A stretch of 62,350 nucleotides of DNA, the filler included, from Sphacelaria rigidula (taxonomy: Eukaryota), in assembly GCA_964200075.2 (NCBI GenBank). It is 10 parts of 10 records of this genome, joined end to end, with 100 filler letters (N's around TTAATTAATTAA, not from the genome) between each part and the next. Parts side by side here need not be neighbours in the genome. Positions count along the whole stretch, not along the records: positions 1 to 6,146 come from CAXNAA020021948.1; positions 6,247 to 12,392 come from CAXNAA020021949.1; 8 more parts are not named here. One strand, given 5' to 3'. A program made the translations under genes and the position numbers. The notes below the pieces were generated by a model, which was not told where the DNA came from, did no database searches, and saw nothing but the letters and a program-made list of their open reading frames with translations. Each line of letters opens with the position of its first letter. The stretch's first letter is position 1. Positions 1-12,492 of this stretch are shown in pieces.

Positions 1-66
1 GGGCACTCAGGCCGAAGAAATTGTGAATTTGGTGATTTTGAGTCGTGATGATTTGTCCTAACCGTG

Positions 67-207
67 CACTATTTTGTTTATTCACGTTCTAACGCTTTAC
101 ACGGTGGAAATTATACATTACGAAGAAAAAAAACCAACGCATCGGGAATCGAACTCCGTTGTCTCCATCCCAATGGCGAAATTCGGACCATTACACCACC
201 GGGGCGC
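67..207 (-). mobile_element. tRNA-derived SINE, 5' part
   Basis: Minus strand has A-box TGGTGTAATGG and B-box AGTTCGATTCCC; aligns to 21610-21747. Confidence 0.8.
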
Positions 208-382
208 AGAAGTCCGAGTTCATGTCACCGACTCCCACGGATATTCATGGGTTGTATTTCACGGTGGTTACACCGCGAGTAGCCAATGGTTGCGATCAAA
301 ACGTGAGGCCTTGGGATACTTGACTTCGTTTCGCGAAGGGAATCTGCTAAAACCTGTGCACGTGTTTGCTTGTACCCCTCAG

Positions 383-520
383 AATGCCGGTCTGGACCCG
401 GATCTCGCCGACAGCCTCGTGAATGACAACCGCTGCAGCCTGCCCATGGACAGCCCGGAGTTCCTGTGCAGCAATTGCAGCCACCTGCTCACTGGCTTCC
501 CTTCGACCGTCCCTCTTTGA
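383..520 (+). CDS. Terminal exon of an unidentified host gene (NAGLDPDLADSLVNDNRCSLPMDSPEFLCSNCSHLLTGFPSTVPL*)
   Basis: Pyrimidine-rich acceptor ...tgtacccctcAG at 382, strongly C/G-ending codons, TGA stop. Confidence 0.65.
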   Translation, partial: NAGLDPDLADSLVNDNRCSLPMDSPEFLCSNCSHLLTGFPSTVPL

Positions 521-869
521 GCCGACGGATCGAAAGTCGAACATTGGTGACGCTTTTCAGGAGTGACCTATCCCTCAACAACGCAGCGCTGATCGGCAGG
601 AAAAATCCTGATTAGTAGCACCTCCACTTACTAATCGCCAAGAATACTGTTTTCACTCTCGGGAAAGCGTTAAGTCAACCGATCAGTGTATGCGGCAAAG
701 TGGGCACAGGTGAAGTGGCATTATCTCGGGAACAGGATATCGGTACTCGCAGGTTACCTGGCGACTCTGTTGTAGCTGTTATTAGGTTGGTACGTTCGAC
801 GAGGTTTGAAACGAATGAATTTTTTGTTTTACTCGGTGCTTTATCGATATGGTACCCCAGGTCCGGAAT

Positions 870-1376
870 GGGCACGGCCTACATTGGGATTTTTCTTGGG
901 TATATACTCTGCGATTAAACTCGAATTTGGTAGCGCCGATATATTTTCGTGAAATAAACAGATTGTCTTAACCCCCCAGGGCCCAAGTCAGTGCCAGTCG
1001 ATGTTATCGGGCGATACGAGTAGATACCTCGTTTATCAGGAGGGTGTTATTGACCGTGAAACAGTTATACTCGGCTCTGGTGCAATAGGTAGGTAGAATT
1101 TGAAAAAGCAAGCCTTTTCTATCTCTTCACAAAAACGGACAGGCTCGATCGACCGAAAATACCGAAGAATCAGAATCTGGGCTGAAAAGTGGCGGCACCC
1201 CCGATGAAGGGTCGGCCCTTTAGTCACTCAATATTCAGTACATAAGTTTTTTTTCTTGGAATGTGGAGCTGATACTAGTATCTTCAGGTCCCCAACGTGA
1301 TGAGCGGTAGCAAGCGAAATAATCCAAGAAAATTGCCAGTTACGAAGAAAACACCAAATTTCCCACGTTGGACGTG
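870..1376. mobile_element. MITE, diverged copy of the 6894-7429 family
   Basis: Colinear similarity over ~450 bp to 6920-7400 (e.g. TGTTATCGGGCGATACGAGTA and CGTTTATCAGGAGGGTGTTATTGACCG); termini are degenerate. Confidence 0.7.
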
Positions 1377-2654
1377 GGGTATTGTAGCGGTGTATTCGGT
1401 AGACGGTTTGAGAACATTCAATACACGAAGAAAAGAGGAATTAAACGAGAATAGTCTTATGCGATACATGTTCACGTAGATCCGGATGCGGAATTCATTT
1501 TTTCTTGTGCAGGAGCAGGAGCTAGCTGTATGTGGTTGACATCTACCACACCTCCTGTTGCGGGGGAAGTATCGCGTGGTGCGCAGTGAGATGAGCGTAC
1601 GAGTAGCATACTCTTGCCTCATTGTATTATGTGGACTGCACATGCTCATTGAGTGTTTTGAATATTCGGATGGCGTATGGCAAAGTAGCGGCGTGTAATG
1701 TTACGATCCATGTGGCAATTACGTCTACTCCTTTGTGTAGTAAAGGCCGAATGACTCGATTGATTAGAAAGGTCAAGTAATGAATAGGCTGAGACATTTG
1801 GGTGAAGTACTTCCTGTAAGGGTCGAGGAACGAAGGGTCAAGTACGTTGAGTCAATCACAGGGGTCTATGGCATGATAAACGTAGCTGTACGGTTTGATA
1901 GTACAAATAGTCTGTTGCGGTGAGCGAGTTCAGGGCTTGGGCTTGCCCCCATACTGGATACATTGTCCTACGAATCTCTGCTCTCGTTTCGAATGGGTTA
2001 GTGGTAAAGCTTCCTGTTTCAAGGGTGAGTGCTTTACTTTGTGTTGGCCAAATAAATGCCTGTGAAGATTATCGATATATTGCTAGTGCTGCACAGGGCA
2101 AGTAAGCTTGACCGCCATTTTGAACCCTGTGCGATATATCCTTTCATTGATACAGTCGATCGAGTCTTCTGGACTGTCCTGTGGTGATGTGCAGGTTTGT
2201 GATGGTATGCGACCGCGTGCGAGCATTAAACTTGCACCTGGGGGTAAAACGATCTATTTCACAAACGACCGGCGAGTAAGAGAAGAGGATCGTAGTCGAA
2301 TGTGTGCTTGTATAAAATAGAAATAGGACGATCGCATGGTTGATTTGGCGTTTTGATGAGTTTGTATTCGGACATGAGTCTGTGCAGGATTGCTCATATA
2401 GGGCACACTCCTGCCAACGCTTGATTGGCCGGAGGCACGCGCCAGGATGATTTTGTAATATGACAGTGTTGTACGCGAGGCAGCTGCGATCTTGCACCTC
2501 TGCCCCCGAAGGCTCACTTGCGTTTCACCGACGATCGAACCGACATTTTTCGGATATGGGGTTACTGTGGAAAATCAGCACACCCTGGACAATAAAAGGC
2601 ATATATTGCTGTAGCAATAGAATTCACCGTAATAAGCGAGTATATTCTCGATCG

Positions 2655-5600
2655 TAATGGCTACCAACGGTGAAATTTCTCCGTCCATTGCCCTGACCGT
2701 GTGTATTGACACAAGAAATTAAAATCGATTGCTGGTAACCATGTGTATTGACAGGAAACACCGTAATCCATTGTCACAGACCATTTATATTGATGAGGAT
2801 TTGCGGAATCTATGGCGAATGACCATCTGTATTGATGAAAATTTTCATTGTCCATTTTCATGCACGATGTGTATCGGTGGCATGAACCGAAATTTATCGT
2901 TACCGACAAGTGCCCATCGATCAAATATTTCACACATCATTGCCAGTAAAGATATATCTCGATGAGAACATCACCCAGTACATTGTTTCCAGCGATGGAT
3001 ATGGCCAAAGATATGTTGCAGCCATTGTTCTCCACAATAGATATCGATATACCTTCTTGTGTAGGTTCTTTGGATGTGTATATCGCGCCCTAGAAGGTGG
3101 GTGTCAATAATATGTACATGTGCCCATCAGTTCCTACGAGTCGACGGCAGAACAAAATGCTCCCCGCAATGGATACCCATCTATCCTCTGTAGATTATTG
3201 GATGTGCACATCGCGCCTGTGCAGGGTGGGTATCGATAATATGTACATGTGCCCATATCGTTTTCCTACCAATCGAGAGCAGAAAAAACTGCTCCCCACA
3301 ATAGATATTCACCTATTCTCTTGTGTAGATTCTTTGGGTGGGCCATGTCAGGTCTAGTCAACACTGCATCCCGGCGCTTGACCCTTAGACCGCGAGATTA
3401 GTCTTTCTGGATCATGCATACATGCATAATTTTTTTCACTTGAAATTGATGCCGATTCAACAGAAGACTGACCTCGCGGTCTAAGGGTTAAGATCTCATT
3501 CACCAGCACCATATGCCATGGATACGAAAGAATATATATTATTATGTCAGCCCGCAGTAACCCATGGGTCAAGCCATGGTCGCATGACAGACGTACCCAA
3601 GAAAAGCAAAACTGCAACACTCGTTCAAGCAAACGAAGGAGCGGGGAAAAGGCCCGACATGCAGGATCATATTTGCGTCGACAGATAACGTCCGACAGGG
3701 CGCGTGCCGATAGTATACACATGTTCGGATCATTACCCACAGGTTCATAGCCCCAAATACAATTTCTCGTCCTCTGAAATGTCACTATATACAAGGGCAC
3801 GAAAGGAAAACGATGGGGCACTTCGTCCTTCGTCCAGGGCATGTCAACACATGCCATGTCTGCAGAAGAAATACGTTACATTTTTGACGACCTGAACACG
3901 TGCCAACCCCCACGAAGCACACAACGCCGGAGCACCGCAGTTTGACCACATTCATCATCCTCCCCATGAGCGACAACGGTATCCTCCCTATGAGCGACAA
4001 CGGTGAGCAGAGAGCGTCCTCGGCTTCAGGCGCAGCTCAACCTGCCGCCCTTGCCCCCATATTTGATCTTCGGAACTCGGGCAGCGGACGTCGTTCCAAA
4101 GGCAATTCCAAACAGTTGAAATTTCCGGAAAACGTACCGATTGCAGTAAAGACGGCAATCAACAACTACATCCCGGCAGAAGGCCGCTACGTTGCACGCG
4201 CAAACGCACGAAGCCCTAGCGCCATTCATTTTTGGGGCGTGCGGTTGGACACAAAGCCGGAAGAGAAGTGGAGCTTCGACGGGAAGGGCAAGCCGATCGA
4301 GAGGGAGCAGTTTTTTTTTTGCCAAGCAGATGAAGATTGTCGTAACAAATATACGACGATGATAAAAATTACGAGCAAGCAAACGTCGAGTGCTACGACC
4401 CATTTGGACAAGCAGCACAATATCAAAAGCTCCCGGACACAAGCTGCAGACGAAAAGGGAGTGTGACACATTTTCCCGTTTGATTGTTTCTCGCGCCGAG
4501 AGGAATTGTCAGTGGGTGCTTTACTGTAGTTGTTCGTTTTCGTTCAGTTTGTGCCCACACCATACTAGCCTGGCTGAGGCCCATGTGCTTGCTCTGTTCT
4601 GATGGCTCGCTTGGTTGGATTTTCATGACGTGGAGCATGCGACAAACGTCCGGTTCAATCGTTTACTGCATATCCTGTGATGTGTGCGGCTCCCGAATAA
4701 TGCAAACGCCATGGTTTCATCGTCTCGCTATTTTCTGTGCTGTGTAGGGCGATCGAGGTCCAAAATACTCTGGAAGCGGCACTGAGTAGTCAATTATTTC
4801 GAACAAACCCTCGACGATACTTGGCGCTTAGTTTCATGAAGGCGTTTCCCATCCACGTCGCTGCCGCTTTCAACATCGGGGAGCACGCTGCCGTTCGTGA
4901 CTTCCTCTCGCTCATGCGGAAGAACTTCTACGTTCGTGCCCTGAACAACAAAGCGGTAAGTCAGATATCTCCGGTAGTGATGTACGCGTTCGATCGGTTT
5001 CCTGCATTCATGTTCAAATCCCAGCGCGTCAATCACGGGGTTTCCCAAATCGGGGATGGATTTTTTATTGGGGTTGAGAACCCGTAGATACAAATTTGCA
5101 CTGCGATGATCGAAATGTTGAGGTCCTAGTTCAAAAACCAATTTTTGGGTCCGATCGGATTACCTGAATTCCCGAAAAACGGTTTTTGAGCTGGGACCCC
5201 ATCATTTCCTTTATCAGACTGCAAATTTGTATGGCGTGTAATAATTGTCAATAGCTACCACGAAGGGAAGATTTGGCGCGGATACGAAGATTTTAATCCT
5301 CCGGGTTGTCACCCCCGATGAAAAATCCCTCCCCAACTTGTAGAATCTTGTGTTGTTAGCTTTCTTTTCTGCAGCAAGTCGAAAGGCGGCTGTGTGTGCG
5401 AGCGAAATCTGCTTATACCCTGCACAATAGAACATGTAATGGAACATTGCAACCGTAATAGACCCCGGAAAATGGCCGACAATGGCCATTGCCGGCGACA
5501 ATAGACGCCGGCAGCTGTCTTTTAATGGACCTTGTCATTAACAAGATAAATGAGGTAGGAATCACAATGCATCGTTGTGGCGACAATGGACCGGTGGACT

Positions 5601-5885
5601 TCACCATCGATTGTCATTGTCCAATGTAATACATCGCCGAAAAGTAGTGGCGATAGACATGTGTCCCAACAAGAGTCCACTAAACCCGATTGTTGATAGC
5701 CATTGCTGCCGACGGTGGATATTAGCCCTTGACTGTCAATGTACATCCCGACTCGCGATAGACTGGTGACATCATTTGTTGATAGCCATTGCTGTCAACG
5801 ACCTACTGGCGCAGTCGACTGTCGATAACCATTGTCATCGACAGCAGATTGTTGGAGTCGGTCGTCGATGGCCATTGTCACTGAG
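2655..5885 (+). mobile_element. Internally deleted hAT-like DNA transposon with subterminal repeats
   Basis: Clusters of short CCATTG/ATTGAY motifs at 2655-3350 and 5470-5885, partly inverted (AATGGCTACCAAC vs GTTGATAGCCATT), flank a BED/hAT coding fragment. Exact termini not found. Confidence 0.55.
3966..4955 (+). pseudogene. hAT-type transposase N-terminus with BED zinc finger (exons 3966-4462 and 4748-4955)
   Basis: Exon 1 has FCQADEDC...TSSATTHLDKQH (BED-like). Exon 2 has AFNIGEHAAVRDFLSLMRKNF, resembling the hAT 'PFxxVE..F..l' block. The GT-AG intron is phase-compatible and a GTAAGT donor follows at 4956. No catalytic core downstream. Confidence 0.65.
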
Positions 5886-6146
5886 CATGTATCACACCCC
5901 AACTTACAGTAGACAGTGGACTACACCCCCACAATAGGCACGAGCTTCATTTCGCAGCGGAGCTTTGGCATATAAAGAAGTGGGCCTAGGACCCACCCCC
6001 CACTTCACCCCCGCCCCCCCACTCCTCCACCCACCCACCCATCCCCCTCCTCCCCTCCTGGTCTCCTGACCTCCTGCCCCCCCCTCACTCATCCCGGATG
6101 CTCGAAATATTTCATCCGGTTTGTATTGTTCTCCTCCATCGCCGCT

Positions 6147-6246
6147 NNNNNNNNNNNNNNNNNNNNNNNNNNNNNNNNNNNNNNNNNNNNTTAATTAATT
6201 AANNNNNNNNNNNNNNNNNNNNNNNNNNNNNNNNNNNNNNNNNNNN
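6147..6246. other. Artificial contig linker (first of nine)
   Basis: 44N-TTAATTAATTAA-44N, with stops in all six frames. Also at 12393-12492, 18639-18738, 24884-24983, 31129-31228, 37374-37473, 43619-43718, 49863-49962 and 56107-56206. The contigs between linkers are 6146-6144 bp in descending size. Confidence 0.98.
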
Positions 6247-6274
6247 GATATCGGAACGGTTTTTTATTCTGAAG

Positions 6275-6318
<44 letters not shown>
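6247..6318 (+). repeat. Retroposon 3' tail ending in (CAA)n
   Basis: GATATCGGAACGGTTTTTATTCTGAAGA(CAA)n, nearly identical to 19706-19766. Confidence 0.75.
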
Positions 6319-6319
<1 letters not shown>

Positions 6320-6568
6320 CGAGCAGCGATGCCATCCGTGTCACCCGTGCATCTTTCCCCCCGTAGAGGAGTTGACCTTGCGGCGACTTGGAAGACAAGA
6401 TCGAAGATGTTTCGGTTTGTGATTACTCGCTCTTTTTTTCCAGTATGCCACCCGTCCATGCTAGTACCTGTCCGTGTTGCAATAGGGCTGCAGAGGAGAA
6501 CCACGTATGATCGCACGCGTAAAAGCCATCCTCACACTTGCTACTGTATTCATATGGATCTCTCGCAG

Positions 6569-9517
6569 AGCCCGCGGAAAGAAGCGACGGCAACACCAAC
6601 CACCGTACCCTTCAGGATCGTTTCGTCCGGATTGGAAGGAGAGTCATTGATTGTGCCCACCAATACTTGTGATGCTGATGATGGTGCTGATGATGATGAT
6701 GGCGGAGAGGGTGTCACAGTCAAAAGCAGAGGATGGCAGTCGGCCATAAGCACATCGACGTTGCCCTTCGGGGCGTACTCGTTGCCTCAGCTGGCCCCTT
6801 CCGGCCGAAAGGAGCTGGAAAACAGGTGACCCAATCGATTGATCCATGGCATCCAAACACGTACGATACTGCTGCGACTCATTTGTATCTACCGTACTGG
6901 GCGGTCTAACTGTGAAGGGATGTTTTGGGTTTTTCAACTTCGATAGAACTCGAAATTGCTAGCGTCAGTAGATTTTGGTACAGTAAACAGATCATCCTCG
7001 AAACACAGGGCCCTCGTCAGTGTGAGTTGGTGTTATCGGGCGATACGAGTATGTACCCCGTTTATCAGGAGGGTGTTATTGACCGCGAAACACAGTTTTT
7101 CAGCTCTAGTGCAATGAGTCGGTAGAATTGAAAAAAACGAAACTTTTGACATTTCTTGACAAATTTGATCGGGACAGGCTCGATTGACCGAGAATATCGA
7201 AGAGTAAGAATCCGTGTTGAAACGTGACGGGACCCCCGATGACCGGTCAGCCCGCAAGTCATTCAATATTGAGTACAGATGATTTGTTTTTCTTGGAATG
7301 TGGAGCGGATACAAATATCTTCAGATCCCCAATGTGATTAGCGGTGGCAAGCGAAAAGAGCCCAAGAAAATCCCCACTTCCGAAAAAATCACAAAATGCC
7401 ACAAAATGAAAAGTTAGACCGCCCATTACTATGTTGGCTTAGATTGGCAAAAAGTGGGATCTCGTAGCAAACACCACCAGTTATTTTCTCGTTTTTTCGA
7501 GTCAAATCGCACCAAACCACGCCGAAGTTATAACTTGCATCTTGCAGGCACGCGTCGATATGTTGAATTTACTTCACTCGGGAAGTTACACTTGATGTAA
7601 AGCTCTCCGACAGAATCGTCAATTCTCACCCAGTCCTTGAAGCACCTAGAAGGGCCCGCAATTTCAACGCATGCAGAACGTGCTTTTATTCGTCATAAGG
7701 TGTCATGTCGTGCAGCGCACGAGTTGCCTTGAATGTACCATAATTTTTTCGCGGCCCGACTTTCAAATTCGGCCTGGTTCAACTGTGATATCATGTGTCA
7801 TGCATTTCGGTCGTGGATTGCACATGTGTTGCCGAACCAAGTCTCGAAAAATTTCCCAGCCGTTGAAGTGTTCCGACACAACATCAAGTGTGCATACCAA
7901 CGTCCGATCGACCGACAGTAGGTTGACCGTATTACGTACCACGTATCACATGTCACGTATCACAAGACCAGCAACCATGCACTACTACCAACCACGCTAG
8001 CGTTCGTATCGCTCGCACGAAAAGGCCAGTATCCACGGTGAGAAACAGGACCGTGGCTGCGACATTCTCCATTCCTTGACGGTGTGATTTCACGTGTTGT
8101 GTCCTCGATGGGGCTGGCTACCTTACAAGCGACGCTGCTACTGTAGTTTGTTAACGTGAACGCCATCCTTTTGCATCATGTTAATCGTGTTTTCAATGTC
8201 ATTCATGCACCGGGGAGAGATGGTTGATCCCTTGTGACCACGCACTCGTCCCGAGGAAGGGGAGGGGTTCAAAGTGCGACAAAATAAAATAATAATAAAA
8301 TAAATAATAATAATCATCATCGTATGGCATGTCATAATCGTCAGGTATTTGAGCACGTCGGCTCACATATCAGGCGAGACGCAAGAGGCAGGCTTGGACG
8401 GCTGGTTGGACAAGACCACGTGGTCCCGCTCCATCGGAAGCAGCTTGCTCACGGTCAGCATGACTGCCAGCAGGTCAACATTGGTGCGTTTGAGAGCGGT
8501 TTATAGTATCTACTCCTGCAGCAGTAGCAGTCTCTTTATCTACACTTTTTAGATGCTTTTCAGGCATATGCCTCGCTGAATGCTTTTCAGGGTATTTTTC
8601 TCGCGAACATGGGGTTAGGGAATCGCACGTGATTATTGCGAATGCTGTTCAGCTCCGTCACCTGCGGGTGAACAACGCCCACCTAGTGTGCAATAGTGGC
8701 ATTTCGTAGTTTTGCACCCCCACCCCCTCCCCTCCTGTATGAGCTACAACTTTCCTGAAAATAAGCACCTGAAGAAGCTTCCATAATTTATATTTGCAGG
8801 CAGTCAAACCCGCCAAGGATCTCAAGTCGTTTCTTGGCGCCTATCTCACCCGAAACGGTCCTCGCCCGGCTCCTTGTGCGAATGGACAACTCGACTCTGG
8901 CTGGCAGGTGCGCGTTACGGAGGCTTTTGCAGTGCTCTTGATTGACACTAAAAAAATAGGAATAAAATCGGTCAACGTCTGATAAGATCGTGATATTCTC
9001 TTCACGTGTGGTAACATCGAAATTTGCACTCAGGTCAGCTGCAAGTGTGGCGTTTCGATCCGTCAGCTATCCCACAGTTCACAGTTATACAGTTATATAG
9101 CCCACCGAGAGTGAGTATCGCCACAGTAAGTCGAAAATACGTGAAACGGTGAACGTGGAGGTCGTGCTCGCGTAGTTTTCGCTTTGTTTGTTTGAGTAAC
9201 ACCCTCTGCTCTTGACCGTTACCGTTACCTTTACCGAGACAAGCCCGTAGTTCGAAGGGAACAAGTCGTCTCTCCGCCGGTGCTGATCTTCCTGACACTT
9301 TTTTACTGGCAGCAGCCTGACAAGTCTGTATTCTACAGGGGACCAGTACTCCCGCAGCACGTCGACAGTCATCGAATTCTTGTTTCCTCATATCCTCACC
9401 TCACTTCAGTGTAGAGCTATCGTCAAGCTCTCAAACGTTAATGAAGAACCACAACAATTGATTGTGGCCGTGCTGACATATTTGACCGTCAATCTGTGTT
9501 TCGTGATGCTGAGTTAG
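6569..9517 (+). CDS. 3' part of an unidentified multi-exon gene (exons 6569-6825, 8345-8483, 8800-8907, 9410-9517)
   Basis: Four AG/GT-bounded open segments join in frame (phases 2,0,0) and end at TAG 9515-9517. Good acceptors at 8799 and 9409. No recognised domain. Confidence 0.5.
6894..7429. mobile_element. MITE with 18-bp TIR, intronic
   Basis: GTACTGGGCGGTCTAACT (6894-6911) vs AGTTAGACCGCCCATTAC (7412-7429), one mismatch; second copy at ~870-1376. Confidence 0.8.
8210..8320 (+). mobile_element. SINE 3' fragment with A-rich tail
   Basis: Matches the reverse complement of 21455-21530; ends AAAGTGCGAC followed by (AAAT/AAT)n. Confidence 0.8.
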
Positions 9518-11635
9518 CGGAGGAAGTCTGGGATATTGTACATCCTCTCCTACGCCTTCGGCGCTGTGCTGCCAAAAGCAATCCACGAAAAGTTGCTGAC
9601 ATCGTATTCATGAGTCTTTGTTCGTCGCCGTGCACGACACAATCACGATATCGACAAGTTGATTCACGGGGTGTATCTTGTGTTGTACCTGTACTTGTTG
9701 CTGCTGCAATGTATGCTGTCCATATTTTGTCTTGCTAATGTCTTCCCCCTTCGCCGGCGGATTTGTGTTCGACTGCGTTCCCCAATGCTTCAACGTTCCT
9801 CCTATTATTTTTCAAACGACGGCTGTTGCTATTGATGCGGTCGCAATCAATAGAGCGAAGAAGTGAACATCGATGGAGATATTGCCGCTGAGGGCTACTC
9901 GGTCGGGTCGCTCGACAAACCCACCGCCAGGCTGTCGCAGTACGCTCGTGGGAAGACGGGAAGCATGAACCCTTTCACTCCCGGGGGAGAGGTGGGTGTA
10001 CTTGGGTGTGTACTTGGATGGGCGACTCACAGGGACATCGATTGCTCGGATTCTGCTGGTGTTCCAGCAAGTTCTTGTGGCGTCGATCATTGTGCGGGAC
10101 TGAAATAGTGCTGCAGTGTTGATAGTATGATGCTGCGATATGGGAGTCGTTTTTTGTGACATGAGATTATTGCGTGATATTACCGTAAGTTAGTGGTCAT
10201 GCCAGCAGTTGGGTCATTTTGTGTGCTCATCATCATGTGAGTGACCACGGCTGGATCCCTGGGAGGTCAGTCATCCCTTCGGGATCCCTCCCCTTCCCTC
10301 CCCGGGTCAGACACCTCATTATTTCAAACCCTGGAAAAGAAGAAAATATGGGAACAGAAAGACCGACGGCAAACGTTTTTACGGCGGAAGGCCACAGAAG
10401 AGTCCACCCGCATACATCATGCACGCACCAAAAAATGTCACCCCGGTGCGGTCGGATTAGTTTCGTTCAATGAGGGAAGTAACGGGCCAAATTTCTTCAA
10501 GGTTGTGGACACAGCCAAAATCAGCGCTTGCATCCCTGACCTCTTCACAAACGAAAAACAGCACCAACTTTCTATATTCTATATACTGAGTCCCGTGCTG
10601 CACTGGGGCACATTTTTGTACGGCTCTGAAAACCACCCTTCGGTCTACTTGTTTTGCGTGAAAGTTGTAAAAACTCAACCCCGTGTTGTTAAAAAAACAG
10701 CACCTCGAAATCCACACTTTCCCGTAGCCAGTCTCAAAAGGGTTAAAGTAGGACAACCAATCAATCAAGAGAAAAAAGGCCGTCAACCAAATAATGGGAT
10801 GAAGATTAGTTGGTACAACAGTGAAGTAAATCATGGTGTCCAAGCTCACCGTCATTGCCTGATGGCCAAGTCATGGCATGATTCTCAGGTGATGGCATGA
10901 TGTCGACATCATCACTTCTTACGATAATCACGTCAAATTAAGCTGTTGTCGGGGTTGTTCTATGTCGTGGTCCTCTGCCGACGGGCATGCTCAAGAGATG
11001 CCGTCAAAGACCCTAAATTGCGTCGAGTGTTGGCAAGTAGAGCTACGAAGGAGCCACGAACTTCCGCTTGTTATGCGCGCTCAGCACTACGTTTTACCGT
11101 ACTGTATAAAACTGGCATGAAACATCAAGCAGTCGCTCGTATAGCGCGGCGATTCTCCCCAATTGTGTACTCGTGCACGTTTGGATGTTTGCCCTTGTTA
11201 GATATGTGCACAATGCGTAAGACCCAGGGCAGTGGTTATGTAGCAAAAAACTGTTTCCGCATCCCAGTCAGCCCACGGCGATATAACAGCAAGTAACGTG
11301 GTGAGACCCTTGACCGCAAGAAGGGTCGTTTTGTTGAATGGGCGTCATTTTGCCTTGATTTGGCAGATGAACAAATGCCTCTACTGTCCACCGTGTGATC
11401 CTTTTGTCATTTCGCCAACTGTCGAGTGTGTAGGGCAGATCCGCCTGCGTGCTTTGTTGCCTTTTGCTTGCTGAAATTTCATGCATGCTCATGCCGTACA
11501 CCTGCCCAGGGTGGTATTACTGTTCCGAGACATTACCATGCCTTATTTTCGATGATGTATGAGCGAACGATGGTTGGATCGATGATGGATTTGTTGAATC
11601 GTTCCCATGGGGCCAAGTTGGCATTGCAAGGATGT

Positions 11636-11684
11636 GACTAGCTGACTAGCTGACTAGCTGACTAGCTGACTAGCTGATTAACTG
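11636..11684. repeat. (TGACTAGC)n octamer tandem repeat
   Basis: Five perfect units plus one degenerate unit. Confidence 0.9.
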
Positions 11685-11862
11685 AAAGCGAAAAGAAAAA
11701 CAGTACTGATGTATTTTGCAAGGACGCGATTGAAGTGCCAGAGCAGCGACCCAAGGGGCCGCACGTTGTTTGCACTTGCCCATTATTCTCTCGTGTGCTC
11801 AGCAACTGCCGAAAGCCAGTGGCGAGGGTAGCGCAGGAGAGCGCGTGAGGAGCGGAGGAGGA

Positions 11863-11938
11863 ATGGCGGCTATTACACCGAAACAGGAAAACTCTTTCTT
11901 ATCGGAAGAGGCTGTGGCGGCAAGCATTGCTGCTCTTG
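11863..11938 (+). CDS. Probable first exon of a host gene (MAAITPKQENSFLSEEAVAASIAAL)
   Basis: ATG followed by an open frame to a consensus G|GTGAGT donor at 11939. Confidence 0.55.
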
Positions 11939-12033
11939 GTGAGTGGTGTCTGTCTAGTCTTCTTTTACACAAGATGTGGCTCACCTCGTAGCCAGTTACT
12001 GATTTCCTGTATCCAGGCACTCATAGTTCGCGT

Positions 12034-12300
12034 CGTTTTTGTTTTTTTGTCGCACTCTGGACCTCTCGTCTTCCTCTGGATGAGTCCGTGGTCTACAAGT
12101 CTCAAGAGATCAGCCCATCTCTCCCCTGGCGTATACCCTGCATTTTGGTCTCGAGGATGGGATCAGCGCTCCCGCACCGCGTCAACTCTTGTCGCACAAA
12201 CTCCGTAAAGAAATGTTTTTGACGTCCTCACATTTCACCGGCAAAAAAGAGATACTTAAAAGATGAAGGCAAATGCATCTGACGGGAATCGAAACCGCCT
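12034..12300 (-). mobile_element. SINE sharing its 3' half with 21447-21747 but with a different head
   Basis: 12065-12190 aligns to 21478-21590. On minus the tail is AGTGCGAC(A)n and a B-box-like GGTTTCGATTCCC lies near 12290. Confidence 0.7.
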
Positions 12301-12324
12301 TCTTACCCCCCCCCCTAGCTCCGA

Positions 12325-12392
12325 GTCCTGATGAATGTGATCGTACCACAGCTGGAATATGCAGGAGAAGTATGGGAGGGGAACGTGAAGTT
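12325..12392 (+). pseudogene. LINE ORF2 C-terminal fragment
   Basis: Translates LMNVIVPQLEYAGEVWEGN, the PxLEY...VW post-RT motif of LINEs; cut by the contig end. Confidence 0.55.
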
Positions 12393-12492
12393 NNNNNNNN
12401 NNNNNNNNNNNNNNNNNNNNNNNNNNNNNNNNNNNNTTAATTAATTAANNNNNNNNNNNNNNNNNNNNNNNNNNNNNNNNNNNNNNNNNNNN

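Noticed and set aside
6191..6202. TTAATTAATTAA recurring every ~6.2 kb as a biological signal
   Set aside because: It is always centred in 44N+44N, so it is an artificial concatenation linker.
8366..8500. Minus-strand terminal exon NVDLLAVMLTVSKLL...
   Set aside because: An in-frame TAA precedes it with no acceptor in between; the plus-strand reading has matching splice phases.
10173..10932. Possible MITE (CGTGATATTACCGTAAG / CTTACGATAATCACG) and the 219-aa ORF inside it
   Set aside because: The inverted match is too degenerate, no TSD was found, and the ORF has no recognisable motif.
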